The notes: generated from the sequence alone by a model not told the origin. 64,000 bases of DNA from Minisyncoccota bacterium (GCA_021209525.1 JAJOIF010000001.1:10708-74707); one strand, 5' to 3'; shown: positions 9,133 through 18,334, counted from the first letter of the stretch. Made by a program: numbers and translations.

Positions 9133-10716
9133 ATGAGTAAAGATAAAACAAATTTAAATACAACCAAAGAACAAGAGCGATCTGAGCTTCACCGTGCCAT
9201 TTGGCAAATTGCCAATGATCTTCGTGGCAGTGTTGACGGTTGGGATTTTAAACAATATGTTTTAGGAATACTTTTTTATAGATTTATCAGTGAAAACCTT
9301 ACAAATTACATCAACATAGACGAAAGACGATCTGGTAAAAAAGATTTTGATTACGCAACTCTATCAGATAAAGAGGCAGAATTTGGTCGTGCTGATACGG
9401 TAAAAGAAAAAGGTTTCTATATATTACCAAGTGAGCTTTTTGTAAATGTTCGTAAAAATGCCAGAAATGATGCAAACCTAAACGAAACATTATCATCTGT
9501 TTTTAATAATATTGAAAATTCTGCAAAAGGTTTTGACAGTGAAGATGATCTAAAGGGATTGTTTGATGACTTGGATGTGAACTCAAATAAGCTTGGTGGA
9601 TCGGTAGAAAAAAGAAATCAAAAACTTGTAAAGCTTCTTGAAGCAATTGGAGATCTTCGTCTTGGTGATTATGGAGACAATACTATCGATGCATTCGGTG
9701 ATGCGTATGAATTTCTAATGACCATGTATGCTTCAAATGCTGGTAAATCTGGAGGCGAATTTTTTACTCCTCAAGAAGTGAGTGAACTTTTGGCAGAAAT
9801 CACAACTGTTGGTAAAAAAGAAGTAAATAAAGTTTATGACCCATGTTGTGGTTCTGGTTCGCTTCTTCTTAAATTTGCAAAAGTACTTGGTAAAGAAAAC
9901 GTACGACAAGGTTTTTATGGTCAAGAAATAAACCTAACTACATACAATCTTTGTCGTATTAACATGTTCTTGCACGATATTAATTACAATAACTTTGATA
10001 TTGCTCACGGTGACACCCTTACAGACCCGAAGCATTGGGACGATGAACCATTTGACGCCATAGTTTCTAATCCTCCGTATTCAATCAAGTGGGATGGTGA
10101 CGCTAATCCTATTATGATTAATGATCCTCGTTTTTCTCCTGCTGGAGTTTTGGCTCCAAAAAGTAAAGCTGATTTGGCATTTACTATGCATATGCTTTCG
10201 TGGCTTTCTACCAGTGGAACGGCGGCGATTGTTGAATTCCCTGGAGTTCTTTATCGTGGCGGTGCTGAAGCAAAAATCCGTAAATATTTAATTGATAATA
10301 ACTATGTTGATGCAGTGATACAGCTCCCGCCCGATCTTTTCTTTGGTACTACAATTGCTACTTGTGTTGTTATCCTAAAGAAAAGCAAAAAAGATAATAA
10401 AACTTTGTTTATAGACGCTTCTGCTGAATTTGTGAGAGGTGGGAATAAAAACAAATTAAGTGGAGAAAATCGAAAGAAAATCCTTAATGCTTTTATTGAA
10501 AGAAAAGACATCGAACATTTTGCAAAAATCATAGACAACAAAGCTATCGCAGAAAATGATTACAATCTAGCAGTTTCTAGTTATGTGGAGCAGAAAGATA
10601 CGAGAGAGGTGGTGGATATAAAAGAGCTGAATAAAGAAATTGAGAGAATTGTAAAAAGACAAAGTGAGTTAAGGTCAGCAATTGATGAGATTGTTAATGA
10701 AATTGAAAATAAATAA
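9133..10716 (+). CDS. hsdM: Type I restriction-modification system DNA methyltransferase subunit HsdM
   Basis: 527 aa with the N-terminal HsdM_N region, the SAM motif DPCCGSGSLL and the N6-adenine motif IV VSNPPYS. Confidence 0.9.
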   Translation: MSKDKTNLNTTKEQERSELHRAIWQIANDLRGSVDGWDFKQYVLGILFYRFISENLTNYINIDERRSGKKDFDYATLSDKEAEFGRADTVKEKGFYILPSELFVNVRKNARNDANLNETLSSVFNNIENSAKGFDSEDDLKGLFDDLDVNSNKLGGSVEKRNQKLVKLLEAIGDLRLGDYGDNTIDAFGDAYEFLMTMYASNAGKSGGEFFTPQEVSELLAEITTVGKKEVNKVYDPCCGSGSLLLKFAKVLGKENVRQGFYGQEINLTTYNLCRINMFLHDINYNNFDIAHGDTLTDPKHWDDEPFDAIVSNPPYSIKWDGDANPIMINDPRFSPAGVLAPKSKADLAFTMHMLSWLSTSGTAAIVEFPGVLYRGGAEAKIRKYLIDNNYVDAVIQLPPDLFFGTTIATCVVILKKSKKDNKTLFIDASAEFVRGGNKNKLSGENRKKILNAFIERKDIEHFAKIIDNKAIAENDYNLAVSSYVEQKDTREVVDIKELNKEIERIVKRQSELRSAIDEIVNEIENK

Positions 10717-10717
10717 T

Positions 10718-11326
10718 ATGAAAAAAGGAATTATATATATAATGACAACTGCCGTTTCTGGTCTAATAAAAATCGGACAATCTGGAATAAATAATTTTCA
10801 AGAGAGAATGAGATTTCTTGAAGCCAATGGTTATTATAATGTTGTAGGATTAAAAAGATTTTTTGCAATTGAACTTGATGATTATGTAGATAAAGAAACT
10901 TTACTTCACGATATTTTTGAAAAACACAGAGTCGGTGAAAGTGAATTATTTGCTCTTGATCAAGAATTAGTCCGCCAACTACTCCTTTCGTTTGAAGGAA
11001 AAATCATTTACCCTGAAAATATTAACCAGGCGAAAGAATTTGATGAAGTTACAGAGATTAGAAAACAAGGAAAATTATTTAGTTTTTATAAAAAAGGATT
11101 AAAGAATGGAGATGAGATTCTCTTTATAAAAGACAAAAATATCAGTGCGAAAATTTGTGGAGAAAGAGAAGTAGAATATCAAGGTCAGATTTGGAAATTG
11201 TCACCGTTAGCATATAGGATCTTTGAACAACGTGGTGAGCTTAATACTAGTGGAGCTTATCAGGGTGCCAACTATTTTGAATACAATGGTAAAAAATTAA
11301 AAGATATTCCCGATAAAGTATTATGA
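10718..11326 (+). CDS. T5orf172-domain (GIY-YIG superfamily-like) protein embedded between hsdM and hsdS
   Basis: GIIYIMTT...GLIKIGQS...ERMRFLE...FAIELDD...LHDIFEKHRVGESELF follows the T5orf172 pattern. The start is 1 nt after the hsdM stop and the stop overlaps the hsdS start. Confidence 0.55.
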   Translation: MKKGIIYIMTTAVSGLIKIGQSGINNFQERMRFLEANGYYNVVGLKRFFAIELDDYVDKETLLHDIFEKHRVGESELFALDQELVRQLLLSFEGKIIYPENINQAKEFDEVTEIRKQGKLFSFYKKGLKNGDEILFIKDKNISAKICGEREVEYQGQIWKLSPLAYRIFEQRGELNTSGAYQGANYFEYNGKKLKDIPDKVL

Positions 11327-12528
11327 AAAAAAACCAATCCAAAATTGAAAAACTAATTTCAGAACTATGCCCTAATGGTGTGGAGTTTAAAATGCTTGGA
11401 GAACTAGAAGATGACAGTTTGATTAAACTTGGACGTGGAAATGTAATTTCAAAAAATGATATTTCTAATACTCCTGGTGATTTTCCTGTTTATTCCTCAT
11501 CAGCAAACGGAGAGGGAGAATTTGGAAGATATGGCAAGTTTATGTTTGATGACGAAAGAATAACATGGTCAATTGATGGTGGTGGTAGATTTTTCTATAG
11601 GTTCCCACACAAATATTCTGTAACAAATGTATCTGGGTGGTTAAAAGTAAATGATAATAATGTAATAAATACGCGTTATCTATATTTCGTTTTATCAAAT
11701 GCTTGGCTAACAAAAGTTTTTGATTATACAAAAAAAGCTCATCCTTCAGTAATTAGAGAGGAGTACAAAATCCCCATCCCACCCCTTGCAATACAAGAAG
11801 AAATTGTAAAAATTCTTAATAGTTTTACAGAGCTAGAAGCAGAGCTAGAAGCAGAGCTAGAAGCAAGAAAGAAGCAATATGAACATTATCGTGCACAACT
11901 CTTAACATTCCCAGAGGGGGGGGTACAATGGGTTAGGCTCAGTGATATTGGCACTATGATAAGAGGAAGTGGATTACAAAAAAAAGATTTTACAGAAACC
12001 GGAGTCGGATGCATTCATTATGGTCAAATTTATACATACTACGGGACTTTTGCAGATAAAACAAAATCATTTGTGTCTCCAGAATTGGCAAAGAAATTAA
12101 AGAAAGCTCAAAATGGTGACGTATTAATTGCTGGTGTCAGCGAAAATATTGAAGATGTATGCAAACCTTTGGGTTGGCTAGGTGGTGAAATTTGTATAAG
12201 TGGCGACATGTTTGCATTTCGTCATAATCAAAATACTAAATTTTTAACATACTTATTACAGACTCCGAATTTTCAAAAGTATAAAGAGAGATTTGCTCAC
12301 GGGACTAAAGTAATCCGAGTAAAAGTGGATAAAATTTTGGACTACAAAATTCCTGTGCCGTCACTTCAAGAGCAGGAACGCATCGTTTCAATCCTCGATA
12401 AATTTGATGCACTTGTGAATGATATTTCAATCGGTTTACCTGCCGAACTTAAGGCACGCAGGTCGCAATATGAGTATTATCGGGCAAAATTACTAACTTT
12501 TAAACCTGTAGAGCGTATGGCGATATAA
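11323..12528 (+). CDS. hsdS: Type I restriction-modification specificity subunit HsdS
   Basis: Two target recognition domains separated by a central conserved region (ELEAELEAELEARKKQYEHYRAQLLTF), plus the C-terminal conserved repeat (ELKARRSQYEYYRAKLLTF). Confidence 0.85.
   Translation: MKKNQSKIEKLISELCPNGVEFKMLGELEDDSLIKLGRGNVISKNDISNTPGDFPVYSSSANGEGEFGRYGKFMFDDERITWSIDGGGRFFYRFPHKYSVTNVSGWLKVNDNNVINTRYLYFVLSNAWLTKVFDYTKKAHPSVIREEYKIPIPPLAIQEEIVKILNSFTELEAELEAELEARKKQYEHYRAQLLTFPEGGVQWVRLSDIGTMIRGSGLQKKDFTETGVGCIHYGQIYTYYGTFADKTKSFVSPELAKKLKKAQNGDVLIAGVSENIEDVCKPLGWLGGEICISGDMFAFRHNQNTKFLTYLLQTPNFQKYKERFAHGTKVIRVKVDKILDYKIPVPSLQEQERIVSILDKFDALVNDISIGLPAELKARRSQYEYYRAKLLTFKPVERMAI
11830..11865 (+). 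repeat. Perfect 12-bp x3 tandem repeat (GAGCTAGAAGCA) inside hsdS encoding (ELEA)x3
   Basis: Read directly from the sequence. It is in frame within the hsdS central conserved spacer region. Confidence 0.9.
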
Positions 12529-12603
12529 ATACGCTCTACAGGGAAGTTAGTTTACATTGGTCTTGCTAATATAAACAAAATAGTATAAAATGTTTACATT
12601 GAT

Positions 12604-13782
12604 ATGAATAATATAAACCAATCAAAAATAGGACGATATATACAGCAAAAAGAAGGATATAAATCCTTTACGCCTTTTGAATTTCCACCAAAGGATGGTT
12701 TTGTTATTAGTACTAAACTTTACAAAAAACACGAGGAAGCTATTAGACTCGTTGGCAAATTAGATGGTATTACGCGCTTACTTCCAGATAAGGATTATTT
12801 TACTTTTATGTTCGTTGTAAAAGATGCAACATATTCAAGTCAAATTGAAGGGACAAAAGCAACCATGCAAGATGCAGTAGCCGCGCCGATAATTGAAGAA
12901 AAAAATCGCAAGGCTAGTGATGTGGATGATATTGAACATTATATCAAGGCAGCCAATTATGGGATTGAGAGAATCAAAGAATTTCCAATTTCACTTCGTT
13001 TTATTCGTGAATTGCATGAAAAACTCATGACTGACGCACGTTCTACTCATCATGCATATCCGGGACAATTTAGAACTTCTCAAAACTGGATCGGTGGTAA
13101 GACTCCTGCTGATGCTTCTTTTGTTCCACCAGCGCCAGATGATATGAAAAAATCTCTTGATGATCTGGAAAAATTCATTCACAAAAACGATGATTATCCC
13201 TCTTTGATTAAGGCGGGACTTTTGCATGCACAATTTGAAACTATTCACCCGTTTACTGATGGTAATGGACGCACTGGGCGTATACTTATCGCAATGTATA
13301 TACACTATGCAGGACTTTTGGAAGAGCCGGTGTTGTATCTTTCTAGTTATTTCAAAAAGTATCAAAAACTCTACTATCAAAAATTGCAAGGGTATCATGA
13401 TGATGAATCCGATATTGACGGTTGGCTCCTGTTTTTCCTTGAAGGAATAATTGAGATAGCAAACTCTAGTATTGAAACATGTACAAAGATCACAGAACTT
13501 CGCGATCGGGATTTTGCAAAGATGCAAAAGCTTGGTAAAAAGTCCGCCGAGTCAACACTTGAAATTGTTCGCAAGTTATATAGCCAGCCAATTGTAGGGG
13601 TAGCAGAAATAATGAAATGGACAGGATTTACTGCTCCTGGTGCATACAAGGTAATTGAAAGACTCAGAGATTTAAAAATTCTTGAGCCTCTTGGTGATGC
13701 AGATTATGATCAAAAATATGTCTATGCCGATTATTATGAATTATTTGATGAGGTGTTTAAAGAAGGTCGCAAAAAGAAATAA
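12604..13782 (+). CDS. Fic/DOC family protein (putative AMPylase-type effector) between hsdS and hsdR
   Basis: Canonical Fic motif HPFTDGNGRTGR within IHPFTDGNGRTGRILIAMYI, a Fic_N-like N-terminus and a C-terminal winged-helix-like tail. Confidence 0.85.
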   Translation: MNNINQSKIGRYIQQKEGYKSFTPFEFPPKDGFVISTKLYKKHEEAIRLVGKLDGITRLLPDKDYFTFMFVVKDATYSSQIEGTKATMQDAVAAPIIEEKNRKASDVDDIEHYIKAANYGIERIKEFPISLRFIRELHEKLMTDARSTHHAYPGQFRTSQNWIGGKTPADASFVPPAPDDMKKSLDDLEKFIHKNDDYPSLIKAGLLHAQFETIHPFTDGNGRTGRILIAMYIHYAGLLEEPVLYLSSYFKKYQKLYYQKLQGYHDDESDIDGWLLFFLEGIIEIANSSIETCTKITELRDRDFAKMQKLGKKSAESTLEIVRKLYSQPIVGVAEIMKWTGFTAPGAYKVIERLRDLKILEPLGDADYDQKYVYADYYELFDEVFKEGRKKK

Positions 13783-13784
13783 TT

Positions 13785-16700
13785 ATGACTAAAACCAACA
13801 AATACAATTTAGTTGCAGAAAATACACAAAGCACGGTTGTCGCCGAGTATGTTTCTGATGTCAAAAGAGTTTCGCAATATCAGAGCGAAGATGCTTTAGA
13901 AAAAGCTTTTATTCAGCAACTAGAATCTCAGGCATATGAATATTTAAATATTACTTCTGAAAATGATCTTATTCTTAATCTACGCAAACAACTAGAAAAA
14001 TTAAATAGTTATACTTTTTCTGATACAGAATGGGAAAGATTTTTTACAAGCGAGCTAGCAAATCCAAATCAAAGTATTGAAGAAAAAACCGCTACTATCC
14101 AAGAAGATAGCACCAAAATATTAAACAAAGATGACGGTACTTTTAAAAATATTGATTTAATAGACAAGAAAAATATTCATAACAATAGTCTGCAAGTTAT
14201 CAATCAATACACAACAGAAGACGGACAAAGATCTAATCGTTATGATGTGACGGTATTGGTAAATGGATTGCCACTTATTCATATTGAATTAAAACGCCGT
14301 GGAGTTGCTATTCAAGAAGCATTTAATCAGATAAATAGATATCAAAGAGAGAGTTTTTGGGCTTCAAGTGGTCTTTTTGAGTATGTGCAATTGTTTGTTA
14401 TCTCTAACGGCACACATACGAAATATTACAGTAATACAACCAGATCGCAGCACATTAAAGAAGCTCAAGAGGGTTCTAAAAATAAAGGCAAGAAAACAAG
14501 CAATAGCTTTGAATTTACGAGCTGGTGGGCAGATGCTACTAATCGCCCTATTACTGATCTAATGGATTTTGCAAAAACATTTTTTGCAAAACATGCGATT
14601 TTAAATATACTGACGAAGTATTGTGTATTTACGACTGATCGTCTATTGCTCGTGATGCGACCGTATCAAATTGTTGCAACTGAAAGAATTTTAAATCGCA
14701 TCGAAGTAAGTACAAATTATAAAAAGCTTGGCACTACTGAAGCAGGTGGCTATATTTGGCATACCACAGGATCTGGAAAGACTCTAACGAGTTTTAAAAC
14801 TGCACAATTGGCAAGTAAATTGTCATATGTCGATAAAGTGTTGTTTGTAGTTGATCGTAAGGATTTGGATTATCAGACAATGAAAGAGTATGACAAGTTT
14901 GAAAAAGGTGCGGCAAACAGTAATACCAGCACTTCAGTTTTAAAGAAACAGCTTGAAGACTCAAATTCTCGAATAATTATAACCACTATCCAGAAGCTTG
15001 ATAGATTTATTGCGAAAAACTCTGGGCATACTATTTTTGATGGTCATATCGTAATTATTTTTGATGAATGCCACCGATCACAATTTGGTGAAATGCATGC
15101 AGGAATTGTTAAGGCATTTAAAAATTATCATTTGTTTGGATTTACTGGAACTCCGATATTTTCTAAAAATGCTTCAGCTGGTGGTAGACCCGATTTTAAA
15201 ACCACAGAGCAGGCTTTTGGTGAGAAATTGCACACTTATACAATAGTTGATGCTATTTCTGACAAAAATGTTTTGCCGTTTAAGGTTGATTATGTTTCTA
15301 CGGTTCGTGAAGCGGAAAACATAGAAGATGCGAAAGTAAAAGATATTGATCGTGAGGCAGTTTTATCAGCACCCGAGCGTTTAGAAAATATTGTTCGCTA
15401 TATTCGTGAACACTTTGATCAAAAAACCAAACGAAATAGTTTTTATAAAATCCAAGACAGAAGGCTGGCAGGATTTAATTCTATATTTGCAGTTTCTTCC
15501 ATTGATGTAGCTAAAAAATACTATCTTGAATTTAAAAAACAGTTAGCGGATGAACCAAGTGATAAAAAGTTAAAGGTTGCCACAATATTTAGTTTTGGGG
15601 TAAATGATGAGGATGCAGATGGGATGATTGATGAGAATTCCGAAGATACCAGTGGTCTTGATGTAAGCTCTAGAGATTTTCTGGAAAGTGCAATTAAAGA
15701 CTACAACAAAATGTTTGGAACCTCTTATGATACGTCGTCTGATAAATTTCAAAATTACTATAAAGATGTAAGTGAGAAAGTGAAGAAAAGAGAAATTGAT
15801 ATTTTGATTGTGGTTAATATGTTTTTGACTGGGTTTGATGCAACTACACTTAACACGCTTTGGGTAGATAAAAATCTTCGTTTACATGGATTATTGCAAG
15901 CATATTCAAGAACGAATCGTATTTTAAATAGTGTTAAAACTTTTGGAAATATTGTTTGTTTTAGAAATTTAGAAAAAGCTACCAATGAAGCAATCGCACT
16001 CTTTGGAGACAAAGAAGCTGGTGGAATTGTATTACTTAAAGCATATGAGGATTATTACAATGGGTATAAAGATGGCGATAAAGAAATACGAGGATACAAG
16101 AGCCTTGTAGATGAATTGCTTGAAAAATTCCCCGTTGGAGAAAGAATTGTTGGAGAACAAAATCAAAAAGACTTTATAAAGTTATACGGAGCGATTTTGA
16201 GAGTGAAAAATATTTTGACTACTTTTGATGAATTTACTGGTAATGAAATATTATCTCCTCGTGATGTGCAGGATTATCACAGTATGTATATCGATCTATA
16301 CAATGAATTCCGCAAAACTGATGATTCTGAAAAAGAAAATATCAATGATGATATTGTCTTTGAAATGGAGCTTATTAAGCAAGTCGAGATTAATATTGAT
16401 TATGTACTAGGTCTTATTAAGAAATACCATGAGGATCATGTTTTGAACAAAGAGCTTCTCGTGGATATTAATAAAGCGATTGATTCGAGTGTGGAATTGC
16501 GTAATAAAAAAGATTTAATCAATCAGTTTATTACTTCTCTTGATGTTCATTCTATTGTTGATGAAGATTGGCAAAAATTTGTAGAAGAGAAAAAAGTCCA
16601 AGAATTAGAGCAAATTATTGAAACTGAAAATCTTGATCCTGAAGCTACATATAAATTTATACAAAATGCTTTCAGGGACGGAAATGTGCCAACAACAGGA

Positions 16701-16853
16701 ACGGCGATTAGTAAGGTTTTACCGCCAGTTTCTAGGTTTTCTCCTACTGGTGAAAGAAGTCAAAAAAGAGAAAGTGTATTGAATAAATTAACTAAATTTT
16801 TTGAAAGATTTTTTGATATTTCTGGAGGTAAATTTACATCTAATGAAAATTAA
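13785..16853 (+). CDS. hsdR: Type I restriction enzyme endonuclease/translocase subunit HsdR
   Basis: 1022 aa with an N-terminal nuclease region, SF2 helicase motifs (GSGKT Walker A and the DECH box IIFDECHRS) and a C-terminal HsdR domain. Confidence 0.9.
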   Translation: MTKTNKYNLVAENTQSTVVAEYVSDVKRVSQYQSEDALEKAFIQQLESQAYEYLNITSENDLILNLRKQLEKLNSYTFSDTEWERFFTSELANPNQSIEEKTATIQEDSTKILNKDDGTFKNIDLIDKKNIHNNSLQVINQYTTEDGQRSNRYDVTVLVNGLPLIHIELKRRGVAIQEAFNQINRYQRESFWASSGLFEYVQLFVISNGTHTKYYSNTTRSQHIKEAQEGSKNKGKKTSNSFEFTSWWADATNRPITDLMDFAKTFFAKHAILNILTKYCVFTTDRLLLVMRPYQIVATERILNRIEVSTNYKKLGTTEAGGYIWHTTGSGKTLTSFKTAQLASKLSYVDKVLFVVDRKDLDYQTMKEYDKFEKGAANSNTSTSVLKKQLEDSNSRIIITTIQKLDRFIAKNSGHTIFDGHIVIIFDECHRSQFGEMHAGIVKAFKNYHLFGFTGTPIFSKNASAGGRPDFKTTEQAFGEKLHTYTIVDAISDKNVLPFKVDYVSTVREAENIEDAKVKDIDREAVLSAPERLENIVRYIREHFDQKTKRNSFYKIQDRRLAGFNSIFAVSSIDVAKKYYLEFKKQLADEPSDKKLKVATIFSFGVNDEDADGMIDENSEDTSGLDVSSRDFLESAIKDYNKMFGTSYDTSSDKFQNYYKDVSEKVKKREIDILIVVNMFLTGFDATTLNTLWVDKNLRLHGLLQAYSRTNRILNSVKTFGNIVCFRNLEKATNEAIALFGDKEAGGIVLLKAYEDYYNGYKDGDKEIRGYKSLVDELLEKFPVGERIVGEQNQKDFIKLYGAILRVKNILTTFDEFTGNEILSPRDVQDYHSMYIDLYNEFRKTDDSEKENINDDIVFEMELIKQVEINIDYVLGLIKKYHEDHVLNKELLVDINKAIDSSVELRNKKDLINQFITSLDVHSIVDEDWQKFVEEKKVQELEQIIETENLDPEATYKFIQNAFRDGNVPTTGTAISKVLPPVSRFSPTGERSQKRESVLNKLTKFFERFFDISGGKFTSNEN

Positions 16854-16861
16854 AAAATTAT

Positions 16862-18328
16862 ATGAATACTGTTTGTATATTAAAAAATTTTCTAGAGTAC
16901 GAGCCATTACCTGAATTAATGCAAGGTGCAGGAATAGCAATTATTACACTGTTAATATCATTTGCTATTGGTATTTTGATACATCATTTAGGAGATAAAG
17001 AACGCAAGGGTGGTTTTCTAGATATTCATGTAGCGTTAGATTATGTTTGGCGTTTTAAACAATCCTTATTTCTAATAGTAATAGTCGTTGTATCACCATT
17101 TTTATTTGCATTTGAAAGCTTAAATATAAAAGCTTTGGTTTTCATAGTTTGGTCTATTTCTATTACTTTATTAATTTATATTAATATTCGATTATATTAC
17201 TGGGTTAAAGGAGATAAAGATGATTTTAGAAAAAAATATCTTTCAAATTTTCCAAAATCACCTAGAGATAAAATTGTTTCTTGGGGAGATTTTTGGAGTA
17301 CCGATATTAATAAGGGTAAAAGATTTACTGAGCCAGATTTTTTCTCAATTTTCTCTAAAGAAATTGATGCATTGTTAATCTCAAATAATAAAGAAGATTG
17401 GGAAACAGTGTTAAAGTTATTAGATGATTTTGTAGATAAAATTGAACTTAGAAATAAAACTTTTCTTGTAGTACTTGATGAATTCTTTCCGAAAATTCTT
17501 GAATGGCATTACTTTCTATGGGAGAAACAATTTACTCAGTATTCAATCGAATTAGGAAAAGAAAATCCTAAAATTGATACATATTTATTTCAAATAGATC
17601 AGCTTATAGATAAAATAATTAAATTTATTACCAATAGTGCGCTAACTACAGGTAATGCCTTTTCATATTTTGATAGACTAAAAAATCATATTGAAAAATA
17701 TGAAGACAAAAATATAGTAGGAGCTAAATTGACATATGAATATATACAACAAATTCCTATTTATGAAGATTGTTTAAATTTGACTTCAAAATCCCCAGAA
17801 GCTTATGATATCTGGAATCATTATTTCCCAGAATCATGGAAGATAACGATTAGTAATCTTGAGAAAAATAAAATATCATGGATTTGGTATGATAGATTTT
17901 TAAATTGGTCTCAATCTAGGATTTGGAATGAAAAAGAAGAATGGGATAAAGATTTAGATGAGGTCGCAAAATCACTTTTCCCAGAGGTTGATCCTATAAC
18001 GTGGGCAAAAATTTATACTTTCGTAATTAGACCGTTTTCAAACGACAGAATGAAATCAATTATAGAAAGTAAGGTAAATTTTGGTTATGTGGGACGCGTA
18101 TATTCTGGTTGGGGCGATGATATGGAAACTAGTTTTGCAAAAAAACAGCAAGAAGAACTTGAAAATACAATTAAGCTAGCTAAATATTTATTCGGTAAAG
18201 TTTTTACAAAGGAAAATATCGACAATTGGATAAAAGAACTTGAAAAATTAGAGTATCTTAAAGATTCAGATGAAAATAGAAAAAAGGAATACTGGAAAGC
18301 CTTACTGGGTAAACTAAAAAATAATTAA
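16862..18328 (+). CDS. Hypothetical membrane-anchored protein (3 N-terminal TM helices plus a ~380 aa cytoplasmic helical domain) immediately downstream of hsdR
   Basis: TM segments are predicted from hydrophobic stretches. No domain was recognised. It lies on the same strand, 9 nt after the hsdR stop. Confidence 0.5.
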   Translation: MNTVCILKNFLEYEPLPELMQGAGIAIITLLISFAIGILIHHLGDKERKGGFLDIHVALDYVWRFKQSLFLIVIVVVSPFLFAFESLNIKALVFIVWSISITLLIYINIRLYYWVKGDKDDFRKKYLSNFPKSPRDKIVSWGDFWSTDINKGKRFTEPDFFSIFSKEIDALLISNNKEDWETVLKLLDDFVDKIELRNKTFLVVLDEFFPKILEWHYFLWEKQFTQYSIELGKENPKIDTYLFQIDQLIDKIIKFITNSALTTGNAFSYFDRLKNHIEKYEDKNIVGAKLTYEYIQQIPIYEDCLNLTSKSPEAYDIWNHYFPESWKITISNLEKNKISWIWYDRFLNWSQSRIWNEKEEWDKDLDEVAKSLFPEVDPITWAKIYTFVIRPFSNDRMKSIIESKVNFGYVGRVYSGWGDDMETSFAKKQQEELENTIKLAKYLFGKVFTKENIDNWIKELEKLEYLKDSDENRKKEYWKALLGKLKNN

Positions 18329-18334
18329 TATAAT

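Noticed and set aside
11830-11865. Tandem repeat considered as a CRISPR or minisatellite
   Set aside because: It is in frame within hsdS, has no spacers and is the classic HsdS central repeat.
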